A DNA stretch of 64,000 bases from a virus: the IMG/VR virus record IMGVR_UViG_3300028535_000001; one strand, written 5' to 3'. Below the pieces are notes generated by a model. That model ran no database searches, was not told the origin of the DNA, and saw only the letters and a program-made list of their open reading frames with translations. A program made the position numbers and the translations under genes. Below are positions 47,707 to 56,800 of the stretch, in pieces. Every line of letters starts with the position of its first letter. The first letter of the stretch is position 1.

Positions 47707-48993
47707 ATGGACGAGAAACAAAAAAAAGAATTTGAACAAAAGTTAAAGGATAAGAAACTATGGTTTTGTCCTTTACCTTTCACACATGTATTCTCTAGTT
47801 TAAGTGGTAGATTTGCACCTTGCTATGACGCACTAGCAAGAACTGGCCATAATATGGAAGATACTACAATAAGAGAATGGTATACTTCTGACTATCAAAA
47901 CACTTTAAGAAAAGAAATGTTAAAAGAGGATTATAATGGTAAATTCTTTAAACATCATTGTACAGGTTGTTGGAAACAAGAATCAAAATATGGTCGTTCA
48001 GATAGACAAAAATATGTTGAACAAATATTAGCAGGTACATTTGATAGTAAAGTACCAGAGTTATTAAGAGCTGTTCAAAAATTTCAAGATGACGGTAAGT
48101 TAGATTTAGATGAAAGAATATTAGACATTAAAATGAAGATGTTTGGTAATGCTTGTAATCTAGATTGTTATATGTGTACACCAAGAAGTGCTAACACTAG
48201 AACTATATCTTTAAAAAAATTAAAGAAAGTATATGATCCTGATTTAGACCCTAAAGACGGTGATAGAATGAATACTTTAAAACATGATGATATAGAATAT
48301 CTAGATGATATTGCCTCTGTAGCAAAATATACTAGATCAATCAAACTAATTGGTGGCGAACCTTTAGTTATGGTAAATCATTATAAACTATTAGACAAAT
48401 TAGTAAAAACAGGTTACTCAAAAGGTATAGACTTAATCTATAAAACAAACTTATCAGTATTTGATATGGACGGTTACAACTTTAGAGATTACTTTGACCA
48501 CTTCAAAGAATTTGTAATGAAAATATCTATAGATAGTTATGGTAAATATAATGACTATATAAGAAAGAAATCAGATTGGCCTTCACTTTTAGATAATATG
48601 AAAACAATGAGAGCAAGAAGAAATGCAAGAGTTAATGTTCACTCTGTAATATCTTTTTTAAGTGTATTAGAAAATTATAAACTAATTGCATTATTAAAAG
48701 ATATGGGTATAGCACATACGTTCTATATTATAGAATATCCAAAAATCTTACAAGTTAAAAATTTACCATATGATATAAAACAAAAATTAATACCTTTTTA
48801 TAAAGACTATCCTAACATTATAAGATCATTAGAAAAGGAACAAGATGAAGCAGAATTTATTAAGACTATTGAGTATTGTCAAGATTTAGATGAAAATGGC
48901 TTCAGTAAGGAAAAAGGACATGATTTATTTGCACTACATCCAGAACTAGAAGAACATTATATAAAGGCGAAACAACGTGAGACAAGACATTAA
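47707..48993 (+). CDS. Radical SAM protein with an N-terminal twitch/SPASM domain
   Basis: FCPLPF..PC..CTGCW N-terminal; GNACNLDCYMC; IGGEPL; SIDS; GATAAATA-N5-ATG. Confidence 0.9.
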   Translation: MDEKQKKEFEQKLKDKKLWFCPLPFTHVFSSLSGRFAPCYDALARTGHNMEDTTIREWYTSDYQNTLRKEMLKEDYNGKFFKHHCTGCWKQESKYGRSDRQKYVEQILAGTFDSKVPELLRAVQKFQDDGKLDLDERILDIKMKMFGNACNLDCYMCTPRSANTRTISLKKLKKVYDPDLDPKDGDRMNTLKHDDIEYLDDIASVAKYTRSIKLIGGEPLVMVNHYKLLDKLVKTGYSKGIDLIYKTNLSVFDMDGYNFRDYFDHFKEFVMKISIDSYGKYNDYIRKKSDWPSLLDNMKTMRARRNARVNVHSVISFLSVLENYKLIALLKDMGIAHTFYIIEYPKILQVKNLPYDIKQKLIPFYKDYPNIIRSLEKEQDEAEFIKTIEYCQDLDENGFSKEKGHDLFALHPELEEHYIKAKQRETRH

Positions 48994-49014
48994 ATAATAA
49001 TTGAAGGAGATATT

Positions 49015-49770
49015 ATGAAGCTAACATACGGCGAACAGACAATAGACTTATTTGGAGAAGACATTTTTCCAGATGGACCCCCAGAAAAGGTTGTAATCTC
49101 ATTATCAGGAGGTTGTGACTCATCATCACTTACATATTTAATTGGAACTAATTTTCCAAATATTCAAATGTATCCTTTTCATTCAAAAGATGAAGACTGC
49201 ACTATAGATACTGAACGTGCTATAGAAGTACATAAATTTTTACAAGACAAATTTCCTACAGTTAATGATTTAGAAGTCTTTAATGTAAGAACAAGTGATC
49301 CTAGTTGGCAAAAAAAGGCCAAAGAAGCAATGGCTAATCCAAAAAATAGTCCTACAGTAAATGGTAAAAAAGTTTCTATGTGGGGATCATTAAACGGTTG
49401 TTCAAAAGCTCTACAAAACAGAAACGTAAGATCAATTATGTCAACAAGATATTCAGCACCTGTTGTTATGGCCATGACTTCTAATCCTCCAGTAGATGTA
49501 CAAAAAGAAAGAGGATTTTATGATGTAGCAGAAAGAAAAAGGGATCCAGGCGACAGTAATTTAAAAATGATGGATATAATGCCAGCTGGTGGTAAAACAT
49601 ATCAACCATATCTAAAAGTTAATAAAAAGTTTGTAGCAGGTATCTTTAAAGAAAATAATTTAATGGAAACTTTATTTCCAAAAACTAAATCATGTGCTTG
49701 GTCAAAAACACTTGAAATATGTGGTAAATGTTTTTGGTGTAATGAAAAAGCTTGGGCATTTGAGGATTAG
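49015..49770 (+). CDS. QueC-like PP-loop ATPase (paralogue 3)
   Basis: SLSGGCDSS; TKSC...CGKCFWCNEK. Confidence 0.82.
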   Translation: MKLTYGEQTIDLFGEDIFPDGPPEKVVISLSGGCDSSSLTYLIGTNFPNIQMYPFHSKDEDCTIDTERAIEVHKFLQDKFPTVNDLEVFNVRTSDPSWQKKAKEAMANPKNSPTVNGKKVSMWGSLNGCSKALQNRNVRSIMSTRYSAPVVMAMTSNPPVDVQKERGFYDVAERKRDPGDSNLKMMDIMPAGGKTYQPYLKVNKKFVAGIFKENNLMETLFPKTKSCAWSKTLEICGKCFWCNEKAWAFED

Positions 49771-49779
49771 ACGTACATT

Positions 49780-50247
49780 ATGGTTGCTACAATACGATAC
49801 ATAAATGTCAATCCTGATGGTGGCGTACCAAAGCGTCATGTCACTACAGCTAATATAGAAAAATTAGGTCTTAAAGAAGATAAACAAAATTCTCATGGAG
49901 GACTTAATCGTGCTGTTTTATTATATGATAATCAAAAAATTATCAAATTACAGGCAGACGGACACCCTATTGCTCCTGGAACAGCCGGAGAAAATATAAC
50001 TATAGATTTTTGGAGAGAAGGATTATCATATGATAATTTTAAAAAAGGAGATATAGTTAAAGTAGGAAAAACAATACTTGAATTAACTTTTACAGCACCA
50101 CCATGTAAAGGAATTGGTAAGTCATTTTTAAATGGCAACTGCAAATTAGTAGATGAAAAAGTTAATCCAACATATGGCAGATGGTGTGCCAAAGTTTTAA
50201 AAGAAGGCCAAATAAGTATAGGAGATGTAATAGAGATTGATACATAA
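49780..50247 (+). CDS. MOSC-domain protein (YiiM-like)
   Basis: GGVPK, D.Q..HGG.NRAV, PG..GENIT, PPC, VLKEG.I..GD. Confidence 0.9.
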   Translation: MVATIRYINVNPDGGVPKRHVTTANIEKLGLKEDKQNSHGGLNRAVLLYDNQKIIKLQADGHPIAPGTAGENITIDFWREGLSYDNFKKGDIVKVGKTILELTFTAPPCKGIGKSFLNGNCKLVDEKVNPTYGRWCAKVLKEGQISIGDVIEIDT

Positions 50248-50867
50248 TGTACACTATAAAAAAACTTAAAACCTGTACGCTATTGAATTTAATTGATTTT
50301 GAAAGCCATAATCTATTATCAGGTGATAGGGCTTTAAATGATTTGCGTTTTAGTAAATTAAAACAATTGTTGTTTGAAACTCCGAAATTTGATGACTTAT
50401 GTATAGTAACTGAAAATTTAGATGAGTATGGTTATAATACTAGAATGAATGAACTATTTACTGAAGTTAATAACAGATATTATTGGCTAGAGTTACCAAA
50501 CTTCAACGAGGGATATGATAGATTTAACAAAGAAAATCCATTTAACTCCATTAAATTTATTAAAAAAGAATTTAAAATTTTAGGAGCTGAAATTAAAAAT
50601 GTAATTGTGGCAGGTCAAAACTTACCAGGTTGTGTTTTTAAATCATTAGATCACTCTGCTTTACGTTGGGCTGAACAAGGACATCATGTACAGATAGTAT
50701 TATCTATGTGTGGCGATTATGAAGTGTCTGGTGTTGGACCAGAAAAATATATGAACTCATTTGCTAATTTATATAAACAAATTAAAAAATCTGGACAATG
50801 GGCTAATATTGATTTAGTATCTGAAATTAAAGATATAAAATTTTTTAAAAATGGTGAAGTAATATGA
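50247..50867 (+). CDS. Putative isochorismatase-like cysteine hydrolase
   Basis: LIDF (Asp), VIVAGQNLPGCV (nucleophile Cys), QGHHVQIV..MC pattern. Confidence 0.55.
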   Translation: MYTIKKLKTCTLLNLIDFESHNLLSGDRALNDLRFSKLKQLLFETPKFDDLCIVTENLDEYGYNTRMNELFTEVNNRYYWLELPNFNEGYDRFNKENPFNSIKFIKKEFKILGAEIKNVIVAGQNLPGCVFKSLDHSALRWAEQGHHVQIVLSMCGDYEVSGVGPEKYMNSFANLYKQIKKSGQWANIDLVSEIKDIKFFKNGEVI

Positions 50868-50879
50868 GAAGAATAATTT

Positions 50880-51083
50880 ATGATTAGAGATAGTAATAAT
50901 GCAGCTAATGATGAGTTTGGTATAAGTGAAGAAGAATTTAACAAGCGTCATAAGAAAGCACTCAAAGACGCAGAACCAACAGGCATTAAGCGAAGAAAAA
51001 AGAAAAGAATACCTAAAGAAAAACCTAATCCTTTTAGAGGGCTAGGTAACGGTGGCAGTAGCAGAGGACCTTGGCCTAAATGA
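50880..51083 (+). CDS. Small basic hypothetical protein
   Basis: 67-aa ORF within the operon. Confidence 0.55.
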   Translation: MIRDSNNAANDEFGISEEEFNKRHKKALKDAEPTGIKRRKKKRIPKEKPNPFRGLGNGGSSRGPWPK

Positions 51084-51089
51084 TTTAAT

Positions 51090-51674
51090 ATGAGAAGAAT
51101 AATAGCTTGTAGATTCGGTAATAAGTTTACACAATGGCATGTTGATAATTTAAAATATATGATAGATTTCCATTCTGGAATATCATATGATTCTTTTGAA
51201 GTTATTGAAAATGATATTTACGGTAATTGGTATAATAAATTCCAAATGTACGATAAGTTCCGGGATGGGGAGAACTTATACTTTGATTTAGACGTTATTA
51301 TATGGAAAAAGTTACCAGATTTATTCAGAAAAGACTTTACTTTATTAAATGATTTATGGTGGAGAGAAGAAGCTCATACTCCATTAAACTCAACTATTGT
51401 CTCTTGGACAGGAGATGTTTCTCACATATGGAAAAAATTTAAAGAAGCTGACACGTGTTACCTGGAGATGTATAATAAAGGTAGTGATGAGTTTTATTAT
51501 AAAGAAATAGAATACAAAAACTATGATAAAGTTTGTCCTTCTATTAAAAACTATATGTATGAAATTCCACCAAAAGAATTTAGTATCTGTACTCTAGGTC
51601 AAATGAACCACCTTTTAGAACCTGGTTGGAAAGGTTGGTGGTCAGATTTTATTCTACCTCACTATAAAGATTAA
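51090..51674 (+). CDS. GT-A glycosyltransferase-like protein
   Basis: G.KF...HV..L, WYNK, LYFDLDVII, NSTIVSW, GSDEF. Confidence 0.75.
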   Translation: MRRIIACRFGNKFTQWHVDNLKYMIDFHSGISYDSFEVIENDIYGNWYNKFQMYDKFRDGENLYFDLDVIIWKKLPDLFRKDFTLLNDLWWREEAHTPLNSTIVSWTGDVSHIWKKFKEADTCYLEMYNKGSDEFYYKEIEYKNYDKVCPSIKNYMYEIPPKEFSICTLGQMNHLLEPGWKGWWSDFILPHYKD

Positions 51675-52170
51675 GAGCACTCTTTAATAATTCAATTCTA
51701 GTTTTACATTTTCTTAATGCTTTTTTACCTTCAAGATTTTTAGAATCTTTTATCTTATCTATTTCAAACAATCCAATCTTTAAAGCAAACATTTCATCTT
51801 CGGTTGCTTCTTCAGGATTAAAAATAAAATCAAGAACTCTATTAGGAGAAGTATCATCTGTTTGTACAAGACCCTCTCTTTTAGCAATAGCTAAAGCTAC
51901 CTGTTCAAATTCTTTTTTTTGTTCTTCATTGTGACGATATGTACTCTCATGTATTTTTTCTATATTGGTAACTTTCATTAATGATATAAAGTATGGATGT
52001 TTTTCATCAAACTCAACGTGAGTAGATGTAAGACTTTCTTTATTTTCATTAGTTAATACTTCAATCCAATCTCTATTACTACTAGTAAATCTAGCGTCAA
52101 CGAAATATTTTAACATTTCATCACCAAATCCTACTTCTTTATGTTCTCTTTTCATTATTTCAATTGACAT
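51649..52170 (-). CDS. Hypothetical protein
   Basis: 173-aa ORF convergent with the island, coupled to the epimerase gene. Confidence 0.7.
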   Translation of the reverse strand: MSIEIMKREHKEVGFGDEMLKYFVDARFTSSNRDWIEVLTNENKESLTSTHVEFDEKHPYFISLMKVTNIEKIHESTYRHNEEQKKEFEQVALAIAKREGLVQTDDTSPNRVLDFIFNPEEATEDEMFALKIGLFEIDKIKDSKNLEGKKALRKCKTRIELLKSALNLYSEVE

Positions 52171-52894
52171 TTTTATTTTCCTTTATATAATTGTATAGGT
52201 CAGTTTTAACCGACCAGTTTAGTTTATTCAAAATTTTAGTATCTGCTGTATTATCTTCTCTTTCAAATTCATTACCTACCCTTTTTTCTTTGAAATCAAT
52301 TCCAAAATACGTTATCATCTCCAGCAAATTATAAGATTTTCCTATACCTATATCTGTTACACCTGTAAATTCACTTTTCATTAAAGTGTCAATAGCAGAT
52401 ATTATATCATCTACATGTATAAAATCTCTTGTATGATTAGTATGTACAAATGGTACATCGTTTCTTAATATTCTTGGTATCAACATATGCTCTCTAGCGC
52501 CTGGTCCGTATACAGTTGTAAATCTCATACCGATACTGTTTTCTGGTGCCATTTGTTCCAAAGAATATTTACTCATAGCATAAGGGTTACGCCAAGGCTC
52601 TATGGCCGTTGAAGAACTTGCATATAATATTTTTGTATTTGGAAAATAATCAAATAGTCTTTGACCTGCAATTACATTTTCTTTCCAGTATTCTGTAGGT
52701 CTATCTAAACTATCTCTAACTCCTGAAAGGCCAGCCAAGTGTATGACTAAACCTACATCGTATTTAAGGTCACAATTTAATAAATCGTTACCTGATAATT
52801 TGTCTATTGGGATTACTTTGTGATCGTTGTTTTTTAAATGCTTATGAAGGTGTTTTCCTATAAATCCTTCACTGCCTGTTAATAATATATTCAT
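52160..52894 (-). CDS. NAD-dependent epimerase/dehydratase (extended SDR)
   Basis: TGSEGFIG, HLAG, YASSS, YAMSK, RFTTVYGP, RDFIHV.D. Confidence 0.93.
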   Translation of the reverse strand: MNILLTGSEGFIGKHLHKHLKNNDHKVIPIDKLSGNDLLNCDLKYDVGLVIHLAGLSGVRDSLDRPTEYWKENVIAGQRLFDYFPNTKILYASSSTAIEPWRNPYAMSKYSLEQMAPENSIGMRFTTVYGPGAREHMLIPRILRNDVPFVHTNHTRDFIHVDDIISAIDTLMKSEFTGVTDIGIGKSYNLLEMITYFGIDFKEKRVGNEFEREDNTADTKILNKLNWSVKTDLYNYIKENKNVN

Positions 52895-52910
52895 AATAAA
52901 TTCTCATTGT

Positions 52911-53447
52911 TTAAACGCCAGCGGCGTGTAGTGTTTTCAATAAACCACCAGCACTATTCTTAATTAATAAAGTTGATAGCGATTTCATTTGTGTTGAACC
53001 GACAGAGTCATCAGCCATCATACTCTCTGCAACAAGGTCAATTGATCCTGTTGATATTAATTCTCCAGCTGCACTTGGAAAAGTAATTGCTTGTCCATTT
53101 AAAGTACCACTAACTGTTAAATTAGTCATTGTTACGTTTGTTGGAAACGCAAGTGTGACTGTATCTGGACTTGAAACTGTAGCAGTAATCTGATTACTTG
53201 TACCTAGAAAAGATACAGTATTACCTGGAGCAATTAACTGAATAGTTGAGCTTGCGTCTCTAATATAGTGACCTTGTCCAGTACCTATTTGAGAAGATAA
53301 CTCTACTACAGCACCAACAACAGACGTTGCTGATATTCCTGCTCCTGGTAATAGAGCTGCGTCACCAAAATCATTAGCCGCTAAATCGTTAAATTGCGTT
53401 CTAAATGTTTCTAGTGTATCCGTTCCTAGTATATTTTTTACTGCCAT
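52911..53447 (-). CDS. Virion structural / fibre-like protein
   Basis: TDTLETFR..FN N-terminus typical of fibre attachment; shared C-terminal LLIKNS.G..LKT. Confidence 0.7.
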   Translation of the reverse strand: MAVKNILGTDTLETFRTQFNDLAANDFGDAALLPGAGISATSVVGAVVELSSQIGTGQGHYIRDASSTIQLIAPGNTVSFLGTSNQITATVSSPDTVTLAFPTNVTMTNLTVSGTLNGQAITFPSAAGELISTGSIDLVAESMMADDSVGSTQMKSLSTLLIKNSAGGLLKTLHAAGV

Positions 53448-53462
53448 TGTTCTACTTTATCT

Positions 53463-53588
53463 TTAATCTTTTTTCTTTTTAAATAAGCCCATAACTTTAG
53501 AAGGTGCTTTTTTAACAACTTCTGGTACCTTTAGTTTAGGTAACGTAATTTTAGGCATTTTCATTTTCGCTTTTAATTTCTCTAGCAT
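53463..53588 (-). CDS. Small Lys-rich peptide (41 aa)
   Basis: Manual: MLEKLKAKMKMPKITLPKLKVPEVVKKAPSKVMGLFKKKKD; fills the gap between genes. Confidence 0.5.
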   Translation of the reverse strand: MLEKLKAKMKMPKITLPKLKVPEVVKKAPSKVMGLFKKKKD

Positions 53589-53589
53589 A

Positions 53590-53820
53590 TTATCCTTTTC
53601 TATTATTTTCTAACTCTTTCTTAATCTCAAATAATTCTTTCTTTAATATATTTATCTCTTTACAAAGGCTTCTTATTGTATCACTATTAGTTTCTCTTGA
53701 TTTTACTCTAACCATATATGAGTTGTATTCTGATCTATTAGTGTTAATAATAGCTTTAGTGTCTACATCTTTAATTAGACTTTCAAATCCTTCAACTCTT
53801 AATGTATTATAATTTGCCAT
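53590..53820 (-). CDS. Conserved small coiled-coil protein after the large structural gene
   Basis: RVEG...LIKD..TKAIINTN..EY..Y; start ATG 53820. Confidence 0.75.
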   Translation of the reverse strand: MANYNTLRVEGFESLIKDVDTKAIINTNRSEYNSYMVRVKSRETNSDTIRSLCKEINILKKELFEIKKELENNRKG

Positions 53821-53824
53821 ATTT

Positions 53825-56800
53825 TTATACTGCCAATGCAATACCTCTTAAATCTTTCATTACAGGTGGGTATGATGAGTTAGTACCTTTCATAACAACT
53901 TTTAATTGGAATGTAGTGAACTCATTTAAACCATCTGCACTATATTTGTATTCTCTAAACGTATCATCATCTTCAGCAGGTGTAACAGTTGTATCTTCTA
54001 AACCTGTATCATTAAATGCTGTCCAACTTATATCGTCAATATTTCTTGCTTCTTCCGAAGAAGATAATCTATAATAAACGAGGACACTAGAAGTTGCTCT
54101 AACGTTTGAAGTCATTCTAACATCTAAAGCAGTTGATAAGTTTTCTAAAACAATTGGTTTAGTAACATAAACTCCTGCTGTTGATGTACCACTAGCTTCC
54201 GTATCTGCTACATAATTTGGTGTGTTAAAGCTAGTTGCTGAATTTAATCTATTCTGAATTGTATATGCACTTACTCTTGCCATATCTAATACTGGAGATA
54301 GTTTAGTATTTGTTGTTGTAAACGTTAAGTTAACGAATAAAGATTTATTACCTGACATTTCATTAGTTTCGTTTACAGAACTTGCAACCATATTAGGTGC
54401 ATTAAAGTAAATGTTATCACCAGCAATAGTTGGTATTGCTTCAGTTGATGTTGTTAAACTAAACTCTGACTCATTACCATGAATTGATCTTCCAGTTGTA
54501 GGTCTAATTGAATATGTTATATTTGTTCCTGGAACTGTTGCTGTAGCTAAATTTAAATTTAGTATATCATATGATCTATTTTGTGTAGCAGTGATAGTAG
54601 ATCCCCCTATATCTCCTGTCGCTGTTGCTGTTCCTGAAGTAGTAACATCGTAACTATCTAAAGTTACATTAGAAATACTTGTATATGTTCCATTAATATC
54701 TGAATGGACAATACCATTGTAAGTTGCTGATGGAACACCTGCAATTGTAACGTTGTTTGCTGTACCATGCATACCGTGACTAGGATGTGAAATTCTAATT
54801 ACACTAGACGTATCAGTTGTTCTAATTGCATTTGTTGTTAATGTTCTTGTAGGTAAAACGTCATTACATAGAGTAACCGTACCTGTTACGTTTTCAAATT
54901 CCGCTCTCTTTATTTTAAACTTAATGTCCTCGTTTTGTTCAGCCGTCCAAGTTGAACCATTTTGTGATTTGAATAGAACACCAGCATAAGGCTGTTGAGA
55001 AATTGTTCTATCTGAATTTATTACTTTTTCACCTAATCTACCAACATAACAATTGTAATTGTTGGTCATTGCCATAACAACAAAACAGTATTCTGTATTT
55101 TCTTGTAAGTAAACTGGTGAGTCAAAAGTAAATGTTGTAGCCGTTGTTGCGTCTGTACTTGTATTTACTGAACTTGGATTTAAAGTTTTTTCACTGAAAG
55201 GAACTATTCTCTTTCCAGGATATCCGTTTACTACTTCTCTAATTTGTATTGTTACCGGAATATTAGTATCTTTTGAACTAAAATATAAATCTACTGAAGT
55301 TGCAAATACACCACCTACGTCATCAATCATAAATGTTTGTGCTAATGGGTCATGCCAACCTATTGTTGTTTCGGTAATTCTTGTTCTTGTTTGTGTTCCT
55401 CTACTAACTGTTTCAACAGTACTTTCTCTAACAGTTTGAGCTTCTCTTGTAGAAATAATTGTTTCTTGTATTGTATCTAAAGCACCTTTAGCAACATAAT
55501 CAGCCTCTGCTGAAGTTTGAACTGCCGTACTTAAATTGTTTGTAACTGAACTTGTTAATCTGAATACTCTTTGACCTGTTCTCCATCTTGGATTACTATT
55601 CACTTTTGGATCAGGTATTGAAAATGTTCCTGTAACCATTCCATTAATATTTGTAACCAAATTGCCACCTAACGAACCACCGTTTGGTGTAATATAACTT
55701 GCTATGTCAATGTTATCAAAGAAAGGATAAACTCTTGTTTCAGGTTTCATTCTAGTTGCTATAAATGTTAATGTTCTACTTCTTATAAATGGAACAAAAC
55801 CAACACTAACAACTCTATCGCCTATTGATGTTCTTATTACTTGTGGTACTATTCTTGATCTTATACCTGTTCTTGTTGCTGATAATTGACCTTGTTCAGT
55901 AATTGATGTACGTTGGTTTATTGCTCTACCACGTCTAACTCTTCCTAAATTTTGTCTTGATACTTCTTGTGGTGTTCCTGACCAGAACTCTTGCCAATCA
56001 TTCCATACAGTACCTATTGCTACACTTGTTAAATTTGTATTACCTAAACCTAGTATTAACGTATCAAAACTACCTGTTCTATTAATTACCAATTCTGGTA
56101 TTCTTTCAGTTTCTTTCCATTCATCACTTGGTGGAGTTAATTGAACATTACCTGCCCATGAGAATACATCAAATGGGTTTACGTTAACAAATTTACTTGC
56201 AAAAGGTTGATCTATTAAAGTTGTTTCACTGTAAGGCAAAGTCATACAATCACCTGTTTTTGCATACTTAGCGTCTGTTCTATCTAAAGCAGTTATTGAA
56301 GTACCGTCATCATCAGCTTCTATTAACTGTACGGCATCCTCATGGAACATAGGTCTCATTTCACCTCTTGCCATATCCATAGATATTTTGTAATCTAAAT
56401 TTCCTACGTCACCAACGCTATGACCTGTAAAGTTATCTACTAAAAATCCATTTTTAAATCTGTCAAAACCTTCGGCGTCTTGTATTTGTAAATTTGCTGC
56501 TTGTATTTCTAAAAGAGATAATTGAGTATAATATTCTGTATTTTCAAGTCTGTTTTCTAATCTACCAATGTCTCTCATTGTATATCTCTTATTATCTACT
56601 TTAGTAATATCAATAGTGTCTGTAGTTAAAGTGTAAGCAGGTATATCTAAAGTGTATAAATGCATTGCACCATCTAAATTTTTAGGCGATTGTGGTATTA
56701 AAGCACTTGCACCTCTAGCTACTTGAAACTTACCATCTTTGTCTACAAAAATTTTATCTATTCTTGATAAGTAATATTCTAAATCTGAAGATATATCAGA

